Shown here: piece by piece, positions 47,445-56,994 of the stretch
Layout: each line of letters opens with the position of its first letter
Position numbering within the stretch: position 1 is the stretch's first letter
Assembly (NCBI GenBank): GCA_963837445.1
Contig: CAWINK010000014.1
Location: 9,487 to 73,486, forward strand
DNA length: 64,000 bases
Source of the DNA: an uncultured Thermoleophilaceae bacterium
Lineage (GTDB): Bacteria > Actinomycetota > Thermoleophilia > Solirubrobacterales > Thermoleophilaceae
Reading direction: 5' to 3'
The notes under the pieces: generated by a model
Seen by the model: the letters and a program-made list of their open reading frames with translations, nothing else
What the model was told of the DNA's origin: nothing
Database searches by the model: none
Position numbers and translations under genes: made by a program

Positions 47445-49315
47445 TCGTCGATCGCCTCGAGGAGAGGGAGGTGAACGGCCTGCTCGAGCGCTCGGCGCGC
47501 ATCCGCTGGAACGGCGGCGAGTTCCGGCTGCGCCTGGCGGTGCCTCCCGAGCTGGCGCCGGCGTCGCTCGACGCGTCGCCGTTCATGTCCGCCACGCTCC
47601 TCCCCGCAATGGCATTCCACGAGGACCTCGTAATCGACGGGCCGGTCTCCCCGCTCCTGTTTCGCCAGACCGAGGCGATCCAGCGCACCTATCACGCCTG
47701 GGACCGCGGCCTGAGGCGCGGTGCTGTGCAGGTGGCGGAGGAACGCGCGCCGGAGCCCGCGGAGGGGCGACTGGCCTCCTTCTTCTCACGCGGGCTGGAC
47801 TCGTTCTTCACGGCTCTCCACCCGCGTCCGACCGGGCAACCGGAGCTGCTCGTCTTCTGCTCGACGATGGACCCGTTCGAGGACGAGCGCGCGCGGGCTG
47901 AACAGCTGAGGCGCACGCGCGCGGCTGCCGAGGCGATCGAGCTCCCGCTCGCAGACGTGCGCCTGAACCTGCGCGAGCTGACCGAGCGGATCATCGACTA
48001 CGTGGACCTCCATGGCGCGGGCCTCGCGGCGCTCGCGCAATCCGTCTCGGGTGGGCTTCGGACGGTCGTGGTGGCCTCGAGCCACAGCGTGTCGGAGTTC
48101 AACGCGTGGGGCTCGAGCCCGCTCCTCGACCCGCTCTTCTCCACCGAATCCGTACAGGTCGAGCACGACTCCGTGGCATTCGGCCGCCTCGACAAGATCG
48201 CCTGGCTGGCGCGCGAGCGGCCGGACGTGCTGGCACTGGCGGAGGTCTGCCAGCACCAGCACGCACCGGGCAACTGCGGGCGCTGCCACAAGTGCCTGCT
48301 CACGGCGGTCCAGCTCGTGGCGGTGGGCGCGCCCGGAGCGATCCCGGGCCTGCCGGCGCGGCCCGATCCCGAGCTGCTCAGCACGGACCGCCCCCAGGGA
48401 CTCGGCCGGCGGCTCCAGTTTGTGGCCGCGCATCGAGCCCTCCCTGACACGCCCGAGCACGCCGAGCTGAGGGACGCCCTGGTGCACTCGCTGCGGCGGG
48501 TCGCTCGGCCGGGCCCAGCGGACTGGCTTCGAGCCGCGCGGGAGTGGCGGCGCGGCGTCCGCCCGCGCCTCAACCCGGTCCACCCGCTTCAGGGAAGCGT
48601 CTTCTCCTCCCAGTGGGTCGGCCTGCTGATCGAGCTGCTCCGCTACGGCCGGCCATTGCACCGCCACGGTGGGCTCGAGCCGCCGGGGCCGGCCGCACCC
48701 TGGGAGGAGCCCGGGAGCGCGCGCACTGGACTCGTGCGCGGCCTCGATCTCGGGGCGGGCCGGCACGTCTACGCCGTGGGGGCCGCTCCCAGGGGCCAGA
48801 CCTTGGGCGAGCTCGGGGCGCTCGAGCGCTCGGAGCAGGCGGGCACGCGTCCGGTGTGGCTCACCGCGGACCGGCGCGTGTCGCTCAGCGCCGCGCCGCC
48901 CCCGTGGGCGAGGCCCGCGTGGACGGTCCGCCTGCGCTGGGCGCTGGCGCCGCTCGGATGGCGCGAGTCCGGCGCTCGCATGCGCCTCGCGACGCTCGGC
49001 GGACGCCTGGCGGAGCTGGCACGCCGCCGGCAGGCGCCGCTCGCCACCTCACCGGGATTCGAGCCCAAGACTCCGGCAGGCTGGATCCACGTGGAGTCCG
49101 GACCTGGCCGGGTGCCGCTCTACGCCGCCACGCACGCGGCCACGGGCGACCAGCTGCTCACCCGCGACCCCGGCGAGGCCACCGACATGGGCTTCGGCCC
49201 GGCGGAGCTGCTCGGCTACCTCGCGGCGGAGGCACCGGTCACCGGCAGCCTCGGGATGCACAGGCTCGACATCCCGTGGGCGTCACGCCTCGGCCGGCGG
49301 GCGCGGGCGATCTAA
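47441..49315 (+). CDS. QueC-like paralog with a degenerate PP-loop, plus a C-terminal ~190-aa module of unknown function
   Basis: FFSRGLDSFFTAL stands in place of SGGxDS. The Cys cluster CQHQHAPGNCGRCHKCLLT is C-x8-C-x2-C-x2-C. The C-terminal region 48725-49300 is homologous to 52088-52648 of the GT4 gene. Confidence 0.55.
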   Translation: MIVDRLEEREVNGLLERSARIRWNGGEFRLRLAVPPELAPASLDASPFMSATLLPAMAFHEDLVIDGPVSPLLFRQTEAIQRTYHAWDRGLRRGAVQVAEERAPEPAEGRLASFFSRGLDSFFTALHPRPTGQPELLVFCSTMDPFEDERARAEQLRRTRAAAEAIELPLADVRLNLRELTERIIDYVDLHGAGLAALAQSVSGGLRTVVVASSHSVSEFNAWGSSPLLDPLFSTESVQVEHDSVAFGRLDKIAWLARERPDVLALAEVCQHQHAPGNCGRCHKCLLTAVQLVAVGAPGAIPGLPARPDPELLSTDRPQGLGRRLQFVAAHRALPDTPEHAELRDALVHSLRRVARPGPADWLRAAREWRRGVRPRLNPVHPLQGSVFSSQWVGLLIELLRYGRPLHRHGGLEPPGPAAPWEEPGSARTGLVRGLDLGAGRHVYAVGAAPRGQTLGELGALERSEQAGTRPVWLTADRRVSLSAAPPPWARPAWTVRLRWALAPLGWRESGARMRLATLGGRLAELARRRQAPLATSPGFEPKTPAGWIHVESGPGRVPLYAATHAATGDQLLTRDPGEATDMGFGPAELLGYLAAEAPVTGSLGMHRLDIPWASRLGRRARAI

Positions 49316-49327
49316 GGCTCCGCCCGC

Positions 49328-50458
49328 TCACTCGATCCGCCAGCGCTTGCGCACGCGGTCGAGGCCGCCGACCGCTCGGTCCGCCCACTGCCTCACGGCC
49401 GTCACGCGCACGCGCCGCCGGCAGGCGTCCAGCAGATGGCGCACGCCCAGCGCGGCGCCCCACAGCAGGCGGCGCCGCAGAACGACCTCACGGAACTGGG
49501 TCCACGGGCGTCCGAGCCCGTTCGCACCGGGCCGGCCGGCGGCACGCACCGCGGCAAGCGCGGCGCTCAGCTCCCGGGCATAGGGCGCCCAGATGAGTTG
49601 GCGCTCCCGCCGGCGAGGCCGGTGGTACGTGTGACCCCACGTGAACGGCACGGGGCCCCGTTGGTAGCGAAGCGCGCGCGTGAGCGCCATCACCCGCAAG
49701 AGCGCAGGCGGGCCGCCCGCGAACGAGGCGCCCGAGTAGTGGAAGAGCACAAGCGGACGGCCATTCACGAGCGCGTGCCCAGCCTCCTCGCGCAGCTCGT
49801 ACCCGCCCACGCTCCAGGGCGCCGCTGCGAGCCCCACGTCGTTCACCGTTCGCACGCGAGCGAGCGTTTGCGGCCAGTCGTTCAGGTAGCGCTGGTTCGC
49901 CCAGCGACCCGGCTCCGGCTCGGCGCCGCACCAGTCGAGGCACTGCTCGCGCCAGTGCGACGCGGCGGCCCGGCCAGCTTCGTCGTTGCGAAAGCCGATC
50001 AACCCGGCCTGGTAGCACCCGTATACCTCGTCGAGGTGCGGCATGGACGGCGGGTGGTCAGACGGGAGCAGCACGACCGAGCCGGCCTCGAGCTCCCGCA
50101 GGAGTGACGACGGGTGCGAGAAGAACATCATGTCGGCGTCCACGTGAACGACGGCGGTCGCGTCCTCGCGCTGGAGCAGATACAGGTAGAGGCACGGCTT
50201 CACCGTGAAGCGGTACTCCGTGGCGCTGCGCGTGCTCTTCAGCGTCGCGAGCTCTCGGTCGTGTGCCTCGAGCTCAGTCAGGGCCATCGCCTCGACGCCC
50301 GGGAGCTCGAGGCGGTTCACGATCTCGCGCGCAGCGTCGTCGAGACAGAACGCGATCACCGCCGCATCCGGCACGTGCCTGACGAGCGAGCGCTGCATGA
50401 CGAGCCAGCGAGCAGCGAACGACCCATCGAAGAGCGAGCAGAACAGGACCGCGCTCAT
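49328..50458 (-). CDS. putative nucleotide-diphospho-sugar transferase (GT8-like/GT-A fold)
   Basis: VVHVDADMMFF (DxD) and YQAGLIGFRN...NQRYLNDW blocks. 12 nt downstream of the GT4 gene on the same strand. Confidence 0.5.
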   Translation of the reverse strand: MSAVLFCSLFDGSFAARWLVMQRSLVRHVPDAAVIAFCLDDAAREIVNRLELPGVEAMALTELEAHDRELATLKSTRSATEYRFTVKPCLYLYLLQREDATAVVHVDADMMFFSHPSSLLRELEAGSVVLLPSDHPPSMPHLDEVYGCYQAGLIGFRNDEAGRAAASHWREQCLDWCGAEPEPGRWANQRYLNDWPQTLARVRTVNDVGLAAAPWSVGGYELREEAGHALVNGRPLVLFHYSGASFAGGPPALLRVMALTRALRYQRGPVPFTWGHTYHRPRRRERQLIWAPYARELSAALAAVRAAGRPGANGLGRPWTQFREVVLRRRLLWGAALGVRHLLDACRRRVRVTAVRQWADRAVGGLDRVRKRWRIE

Positions 50459-50470
50459 CGAAGCCGGAGC

Positions 50471-52699
50471 CTATGCCGCTTGAAGAGGACGGCCTTCGAG
50501 CGACCGGAGCAGCTCGATGAGCTGCACGGAATTGCGCGCCGGATCGTGGCGCTCACGCACCACCTCGGCACCCGCGCGTGCAACGGAATTCAGCTCGCCG
50601 GCATCCATCGAAAGGACGCGGTCGAGCGTCGAGGCGAGCTCACCGAGATCGTTCGGCTCGAACATGAAGCCCGTCCGTCCTTCCTCGATCAGCTCGGGGA
50701 GACCGAAGATCCGCGAGGCGATAACCGGCTTCTCGAAGGCCATGGCCTCGATCACCGAGAGCGGCAAGCACTCGACGTCGGACGCCAGCGCGAACACGTC
50801 AGAGACCAGGTGCCACGCATACGCATCCTCGGTGATCGGAACGATCCGCACGCGGGACTCCAGAGACATGGCCGCGACATAGTCGGCGATTGCGTCCGGG
50901 TACGGGCCGGGCGTGGCGCCGACCAGCAGAAGCTGGGCGTCGGGGTGGTCCGCGGCCACCCTCGCAAATGCCTGCGTGAGGAGCGCCTGGCCCTTCCGCG
51001 ATCCCAGGGTGGCCAGGCAGAGAATCACTCGCGCGTCCAGCGGTATGTCGCGTGCGCGGCGCTCATTCGAGGCTGCCGACGAGCGTCGGAACTCGTCGAT
51101 GGCTTCGAGCTCGATCCCGTACGGCAACGTGACCGCCCGATCGGCATCCACGTACGGCTCGTACAGCCGGCGCGTTGCGTCCGCGGCAAAGATTGTGGCG
51201 TTGGCAGCACCCAGCGCGTGCTCGATGCGCTGAAAGACATACGCGTGGTCGGGACTCCAACCGTGCCCGACGGTCCACCAAGTCTTCGGTTCAAAGCTCT
51301 CGTGGAGAGCCCAGGCGACCGGGATGCCGAGCCGCGTTGCGAGGTCCACACCGATGAAGCAGTCGAGCGTGCTCACGAATGCGACCGAGTGACCGCCGGG
51401 CTCACACCAGGCCCTCAGCTCCTCGATGCGTCCCTCGTACTCCGCTGGTCCGGTCTCCGGGTAGGCCGACGTGACGTGGACCTCGATGCCGGCACGCTCG
51501 AGCCGCTCGCGCCACGGGCCGTCCCTGAACGACACAACCGTGCAGTCGGGGAATCCCGCGCGCTGTAGCCGCAGCACCTGGTCGACGAAGTAGCGCTGGG
51601 CGCCGCCGTAGTCGAGGCGGTGAGTGAAAGCGAGCAGGCCGCCCGAGCCCCGGTCCCGGCGGGGCGGGCGGCGGTCCCCGGGGCGCAGGTCGTCGCGACC
51701 CCCGGCCGACAGTTGCGGCTGACTGCGCGTGAGCCGAACCTCGTTCGACTCGAGGACGAGCGTGTGGCCGGCCATGCTGGTCACGAGTACCGCGATCGTC
51801 ACAACCTCTGGCGCCTGGCGCAGATGCCGAGCGGACGGCACGAACTCGAATCCGGCGAGTACAGCGTCCGGTGCGCCTGCCACCGGCTGATGCGCCAGGA
51901 GGTCCCCGCGCGGCAGCGCGAGTCGCGCCTGGCCGGCGAGCTCGCCGTCGATGAACACCTCGACCCGCCGGACATGGTCCTCGAGGGCCACGGCCCAACC
52001 AGCGATGCGCAGGGTCTCAGCGGCGGTCGAGGTGCCTGGCGCCGGCAGCTCGAGGCCTCCCACAAGGCGCCCGGCCTGGCTCCCCCGCCCCAGTCCGAAC
52101 TCCCGCGCCCACGGGACGCCCGTTGCACTCACCCCAAGGAGCCCGGTCACCGGAGCGGTCGCACGCACATGCCCGAGTGCGGTGGTTTCGACGTACCCAA
52201 GCGCCTCAGGCTCCTCCGGGTCGGTGGTCAGAAGCTGATCCCCGCTCACGGGATGGAGCGCCGAGAAGAGTGGCCGCGTCACGGCGTCCGGATCGCGGAA
52301 GAGGTATCCGTCTGGCGGTCCGCCGTACGCACCGGGTCCCCCTTCTCGCCTCGGCCGAAGCTCGAGCAGGCGTCTCGCGACCGCGCGTACGCGTGTGCCC
52401 TTGCCGTGCGCCGCCCAGCGGATCGGCCCGAGCGCGTAGGCGACCCCCGCGGACGCGGAGGTACGCCCCAGCTCGGCGTTGTAGGCGTCCGTGACGAGGA
52501 GTCCGTGGGCAGTGCGCCAGACGGGGATCTCACCCGCCGACCCGTCCGACGCGAGACCGCCGAGCTCGCCCACGAGAACACCCCTGGGGAGCCGACCAAG
52601 GCCGTACAGATGCCGCCGCGCCGCCGGGTCGATCGCTCGGACGAGCCCTATGTACGGACCTCGCGGATCTATGCGGCGGCACGATAAGGGATCGGCAAT
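50471..52699 (-). CDS. multidomain glycosyltransferase: N-terminal unknown module, central beta domain, C-terminal GT4 (group 1) domain; start unresolved
   Basis: GT4 blocks: AFTHRLDYGGAQRY...LATLGSRKGQ...LASDVECLPLSVIEAMAFEKPVIASRIFGLPELIEEGRTGFMFEP. The tracked ORF extends to 53296, but that part is antisense to the sulfotransferase gene. There is no in-frame ATG/GTG/TTG between 52711 and 52574. Confidence 0.7.
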   Translation of the reverse strand: MADPLSCRRIDPRGPYIGLVRAIDPAARRHLYGLGRLPRGVLVGELGGLASDGSAGEIPVWRTAHGLLVTDAYNAELGRTSASAGVAYALGPIRWAAHGKGTRVRAVARRLLELRPRREGGPGAYGGPPDGYLFRDPDAVTRPLFSALHPVSGDQLLTTDPEEPEALGYVETTALGHVRATAPVTGLLGVSATGVPWAREFGLGRGSQAGRLVGGLELPAPGTSTAAETLRIAGWAVALEDHVRRVEVFIDGELAGQARLALPRGDLLAHQPVAGAPDAVLAGFEFVPSARHLRQAPEVVTIAVLVTSMAGHTLVLESNEVRLTRSQPQLSAGGRDDLRPGDRRPPRRDRGSGGLLAFTHRLDYGGAQRYFVDQVLRLQRAGFPDCTVVSFRDGPWRERLERAGIEVHVTSAYPETGPAEYEGRIEELRAWCEPGGHSVAFVSTLDCFIGVDLATRLGIPVAWALHESFEPKTWWTVGHGWSPDHAYVFQRIEHALGAANATIFAADATRRLYEPYVDADRAVTLPYGIELEAIDEFRRSSAASNERRARDIPLDARVILCLATLGSRKGQALLTQAFARVAADHPDAQLLLVGATPGPYPDAIADYVAAMSLESRVRIVPITEDAYAWHLVSDVFALASDVECLPLSVIEAMAFEKPVIASRIFGLPELIEEGRTGFMFEPNDLGELASTLDRVLSMDAGELNSVARAGAEVVRERHDPARNSVQLIELLRSLEGRPLQAA

Positions 52700-52711
52700 A
52701 GCATTCGCCGC

Positions 52712-53749
52712 ATGCGGATCTGCGTCGCCGGGATGCACCGCAGCGGGACCTCGATCACGGCGTACATCCTCAGCCAGCTCGGCGTGGACCTCGGCCCAGA
52801 AGAGACGCTGCTCGGCCCGGATGTCGTGGACAATCCGCTCGGGTACTGGGAACAGCGCGGCATCATCGAGGTGAATGACCTTGTGCTGGAGCGGCTGGGC
52901 GGCCCCTGGACCGACCCTCCGCGGCTGCGTCCCGGCTGGGCGGCCTCGGCGGATCTCGATGACCTGCGCGACCGCGCCCACGCGCTGCTGCGGAGCAGCT
53001 TCGGCGACCGGCCGTCGGGCTGGAAGGACCCGCGCTGCAGCCTCACGCTGCCGTTCTGGCTCTCGGTGGAACCGTCCTTGCGGGTGGTGATCTGCGTGCG
53101 CGATCCGCTCGAGGTGGCCGCGTCCTGGGCGCGCCGGGGGCCCGGCTTCGATGCGCCCTTCGCGCTCGAGCTGTGGATGGAGCACACGGCACGGGCGCTG
53201 ATCGACTCGGAGCACATTCCGCGATTGGTCGTGCACCACGAGGACCTCTTTCGCGACCTCGAGGCCCAGGTCCGCCGACTCGCCTCGTTCGTGCACGCCG
53301 AGCCGGTGAGCGCGGACACGGTGGCCGCGATTCGCGGCTTCGTCAAAGAGGACCTGTGGCGCAGCCGCACCGGCATCCAGGACCGCCGGCGGGTGCCGCC
53401 GGAGGTCGCGCGGCTATACAGCGCGCTGCGCACCCACGACCCGTCGCGGACGAGCGGCGTGGACGGGCTCACGCCACTCGCGCGGCAGCTGCTCGCGAGC
53501 CGCCACAGGACCCAGAATCGCGACCTCGTCGGCTACCGCTGGCCCCGGCTCCGCGAGCGCGCGCGCCGGCGAGCTCTCAAGCCGCTTCTCTGGTGGGTGC
53601 GCGACCTGCTGTTCGCCGGCCGCAACAAGGCCGCGTCGGTTCGCGACGCTCACGCCCGCGTCAGCGGTCCGGCCGCGAGGGTGGAGCGTCGAATCGGCGT
53701 CATGATCGGAGCGCTCGATCGCCGCCGACAGCAGTGGCGCGTGGAGTAG
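52712..53749 (+). CDS. sulfotransferase family protein
   Basis: MRICVAGMHRSGTSITAYIL (5-prime-PSB-like P-loop) and VICVRDPLEVAASW (3-prime-PB-like). 345 aa. Confidence 0.7.
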   Translation: MRICVAGMHRSGTSITAYILSQLGVDLGPEETLLGPDVVDNPLGYWEQRGIIEVNDLVLERLGGPWTDPPRLRPGWAASADLDDLRDRAHALLRSSFGDRPSGWKDPRCSLTLPFWLSVEPSLRVVICVRDPLEVAASWARRGPGFDAPFALELWMEHTARALIDSEHIPRLVVHHEDLFRDLEAQVRRLASFVHAEPVSADTVAAIRGFVKEDLWRSRTGIQDRRRVPPEVARLYSALRTHDPSRTSGVDGLTPLARQLLASRHRTQNRDLVGYRWPRLRERARRRALKPLLWWVRDLLFAGRNKAASVRDAHARVSGPAARVERRIGVMIGALDRRRQQWRVE

Positions 53750-54941
53750 GCACGTGCGCACGGTCTGCGAGCCAGCGGCGAAGCTCCTCCGAAGCGCGCT
53801 CGGGCTGGTGCTCGCGCTCGATCGTGCGCGATGCCTGTCTGCCGAGCCGAGCGGCCAGCGCGCTGTCGCGGCGCAGACGGGATAACGCCTCCGCTAGCGC
53901 ATCGGGATCGTCGGGGGGCACCAGGAGGCCGTTCTCACCGTCGCGCACGAGCTCGGGGATGCCCACGATGCTCGTGCTGACCACCGGCAGCCCTCGGCCC
54001 ATCGCCTCGATCAGGACCACCGGAAGCCCGTCACGGTCTCCGTCGGTGGCGATCCGGCACGGCACCGCAACCGCCGAGCAGTGCGCGTACGCCTCGCTCA
54101 CCTCGTCGGGGCCGCACACGCCCCTGAAGACCACGCGGTCCTCCACGCCCAGCGACGTGGCGAGCTCTCGGAGCTCAGGCAGCAGCGGGCCGTCGCCGAT
54201 CACGTTCAGCGCGAACGGGTGGCCATTCGACGCCGCCAGCGCGCACGCGTGCACAAGCGAATCGATGCCCTTCTTCGGAACCAGCCTTGCCACCGCCAGC
54301 ACCGGCGCGTCCGGAACGGGATCGACCGGCTCGGCGGCCGGGGCGACGAGCGCCAGCCGCCGCACGTCGACCCCGGGGGCGCGTGCGCGGATCTCCTCGG
54401 CGTTGTAGTGCGTGACCGTGGCCACGCCCGCCGAGCCGGCGAGCCGGCGCGCGAGGTGCGGTGCATTGAACCCACTCCAGATGTCGTTGCCGTGGCAGAA
54501 GACCGTGAACGGGATGCCGCTCAGCTCCGAGGCGTCCTGCGCGTACTCGGCCGAGTAGTACGCGAAGTGAACGTGCAGGAGGCCCGCGCCCTCGCTCGCC
54601 GCCCTTGCGGCAATCAGGCCCGCCCGGAGGAAGTGGCGAAAGCGCCGCTCGGCCCGCGCGCGTCGAGCCGCACGCAGCCAGGCGCGCGGGCGCCGAGCCG
54701 CGAGCGGACCGTGGGCGCGAAGGATCCGGGCCAGCCTGGGCTCGTCGGGCACGCGCCGCACCCTCGCCCGGAGCCCGGCGAGCCCAGGATCGCGCGGCTC
54801 GTCGAGGGTGTCCTCGAGCGTGTCGACGGCCACGCTCCACCCCGACCGCTCCAGTTCGAGCATCTCCCTGAGGACGAACGTCTCGCTGAGCTTGGGAAAG
54901 CGAACGAGCACGTAGTGGACGCGCGGCGCCACGGGCGGCAT
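53700..54941 (-). CDS. glycosyltransferase family 4 (WcaL-like)
   Basis: VHYVLVRFPKLSETFVLREM...VARLVPKKGID...DGLPVVLIEAMGRGLPVVSTSIVGIPELVRDGENGLLVPP. Confidence 0.85.
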   Translation of the reverse strand: MPPVAPRVHYVLVRFPKLSETFVLREMLELERSGWSVAVDTLEDTLDEPRDPGLAGLRARVRRVPDEPRLARILRAHGPLAARRPRAWLRAARRARAERRFRHFLRAGLIAARAASEGAGLLHVHFAYYSAEYAQDASELSGIPFTVFCHGNDIWSGFNAPHLARRLAGSAGVATVTHYNAEEIRARAPGVDVRRLALVAPAAEPVDPVPDAPVLAVARLVPKKGIDSLVHACALAASNGHPFALNVIGDGPLLPELRELATSLGVEDRVVFRGVCGPDEVSEAYAHCSAVAVPCRIATDGDRDGLPVVLIEAMGRGLPVVSTSIVGIPELVRDGENGLLVPPDDPDALAEALSRLRRDSALAARLGRQASRTIEREHQPERASEELRRWLADRAHVPTPRATAVGGDRALRS

Positions 54942-54964
54942 CGCCAGCCATAGTAGGCGCGTCG

Positions 54965-55750
54965 ATGGATCCCGCAGCCGTGAGAACCTCCGTGCTCATG
55001 CCCGCCTACGAGGCGGAGGCGACCCTGCGCGAGGCTGTCGAGAGCGCGCTCGCGCAGACGGTCGGCGACCTCGAGCTGCTGGTGATCGACGACGCGTCCC
55101 GGATCCCGGTCCGGGACGTGCTCGCCGGCATCGCAGACCCACGCCTTCGCATCATCAGGCGAAGCCACAACGGCGGCCCCGGGGCCGCGCGCAACACGGG
55201 CTTGAGGCACGCCCGCGCGCCGCTCGTGTCACAGCTCGACGCCGACGACATGTGGGAGCCCGACTACCTCGAGCACGTGCTGCCGCATTTCGAGGACCCC
55301 GCAATCGGCCTCGTCTACGCGAATGCCGTGATCCTCGGCCACCCGACGGGTCACGACACCTACATCTTCGACCCCGAGCCACACCCGATCGACCGCTTTC
55401 CAAAGCTCGCCGAGCAGAACCCGGTGCCGGCGCTCACGGCCACGATGCGCGCCCACGCGGTGCGCGCCGTGGGCGGCTATGCGCGCTGGCTCCAGATGGC
55501 TCAGGACTACCACCTGTACCTGAAGCTGGCCGCCGCAGGCTGGCGCTTCCACTACGTGGACCGCAAGCTCGCCCGCTACCGCTGGCCGGAGCCCACCCGC
55601 GGCCTGTCCTACGACGACCGCCGCCGTGAGCTCTACGAACTGCCCATGTGGACCGCCTTCGCGCTGCGCCATCCGCTCACCCCAGGACCGAAGCGGCAGG
55701 TGCGCATGCGGCTGCGCCGTGAGGTCGAACGCCTACGATTCGGCCGGTGA
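54965..55750 (+). CDS. glycosyltransferase family 2
   Basis: SVLMPAYEAEATLREAVESALAQTVGDLELLVIDDAS...GPGAARNTGL...QLDADDMW. Confidence 0.85.
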   Translation: MDPAAVRTSVLMPAYEAEATLREAVESALAQTVGDLELLVIDDASRIPVRDVLAGIADPRLRIIRRSHNGGPGAARNTGLRHARAPLVSQLDADDMWEPDYLEHVLPHFEDPAIGLVYANAVILGHPTGHDTYIFDPEPHPIDRFPKLAEQNPVPALTATMRAHAVRAVGGYARWLQMAQDYHLYLKLAAAGWRFHYVDRKLARYRWPEPTRGLSYDDRRRELYELPMWTAFALRHPLTPGPKRQVRMRLRREVERLRFGR

Positions 55751-56994
55751 CGAGCTCCACAGCCAGCACGCCGGCGGTCGCGGTCGACGACGTCTCGAAG
55801 GCCTTCCGCATCCCGCACGAGCGCGTCTCGACGCTGAAGGAGCGGGCTCTTCACCCGTTCCGGCGCTCTTCGCATGAGCACTTCGACGCTCTGCGTGGAG
55901 TCTCGTTCGCCGTCGAGAAGGGCGAGTTCTTCGGCATCGTCGGCCGCAACGGGTCGGGCAAGAGCACGCTGCTCAAGTGCATGGCGGGGATCTACCGCGC
56001 CGACAGCGGCGCCATCTACGTGAACGGCCGCGTGTCCACCTTCATCGAGCTCGGGGTGGGCTTCAACCCGGAGCTGGCCGCCCGCGACAACGTGCTGATC
56101 AACGGCGTGATGCTCGGGCTCTCCCCGCGCGAGGCGCGCGAGCGCTTCGACCGCGTCATCGACTTCGCGGAGCTCAGGGAGTTCGAGGAGCTCAAGCTGA
56201 AGAACTACTCGTCCGGCATGCAGGTCCGGCTCGCGTTCTCCGTGATGGTCCAGGTGGACGCCGACATCCTCCTGATCGACGAGGTGCTCGCCGTCGGCGA
56301 CGTGAGCTTCCAGCAGAAGTGCTTCGACGTGTTCAACAAGCTGCGCGACGAGGGAAAGACGATCCTGTTCGTGACCCACGACATGAGCGCGGTGCGCCGC
56401 TTCTGCCACCGCGCCGTTCTGCTGGAGCGTGGGAAGGTCGTCCAGATCGGGCAGCCGGCCGAGGTGTCCGAGGCCTACGTGGACCTCAACTTCGGCGAGG
56501 GCGCCGACGTGACGGCGCCATCGGAGGGCCGCCGCAGCGGGGACGGCACGGCGGAGATCCTCGAGGCGTGGTGGGAGGACGACCAGGGCGAGCGCCAGAC
56601 CGTGCTCCACCAGGGTCGCCCGTGCTCCTTCCACGCGCGGGTGCGGTTCACGACCGAGGTCGACGACCCGGCGATCGCGACGGTCTTCGAGAACGAGCAG
56701 CACCAGCCGCTCATGGCCACCTCGACCGACTGGAAGGGCGAGAGCACAGGCCACTTCGGAGCGGGCGAGGAGGTCGAGTTCTCGGTTCAGCTCGAGATGG
56801 CGTTCGCGCCGGGCCGCGTGTACGCGTCGCCGTGGGTGGCCCAGGGCGGCCACCGCGTGATGGACCGGCGCCCGGAGCTGGCCTCCGTGGTCGTGGCCGG
56901 GACCCACGTGTCCGGCGGCCTCGTGGACCTGCCGCACGACGTGCAGCTCAAGGCCGGCGACCGCAGCTTCCAGGGCCAGGGAGGCGCGGCGTGA
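55747..56994 (+). CDS. polysaccharide/teichoic-acid-type ABC exporter ATP-binding protein (Wzt/TagH-like) with a C-terminal extra domain
   Basis: Walker A GRNGSGKSTLLK, signature YSSGMQVRLAF, Walker B ILLIDEVLAVGD, plus about 160 aa of C-terminal beta-rich domain. Confidence 0.9.
   Translation: MTSSTASTPAVAVDDVSKAFRIPHERVSTLKERALHPFRRSSHEHFDALRGVSFAVEKGEFFGIVGRNGSGKSTLLKCMAGIYRADSGAIYVNGRVSTFIELGVGFNPELAARDNVLINGVMLGLSPREARERFDRVIDFAELREFEELKLKNYSSGMQVRLAFSVMVQVDADILLIDEVLAVGDVSFQQKCFDVFNKLRDEGKTILFVTHDMSAVRRFCHRAVLLERGKVVQIGQPAEVSEAYVDLNFGEGADVTAPSEGRRSGDGTAEILEAWWEDDQGERQTVLHQGRPCSFHARVRFTTEVDDPAIATVFENEQHQPLMATSTDWKGESTGHFGAGEEVEFSVQLEMAFAPGRVYASPWVAQGGHRVMDRRPELASVVVAGTHVSGGLVDLPHDVQLKAGDRSFQGQGGAA

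Noticed and set aside
53700-53749. 50-nt overlap of the convergent sulfotransferase and GT4 genes as a possible antisense regulatory feature
   Set aside because: It more likely reflects low-information C-terminal tails running to the first available stop in GC-rich DNA. No structure or motif supports a function.
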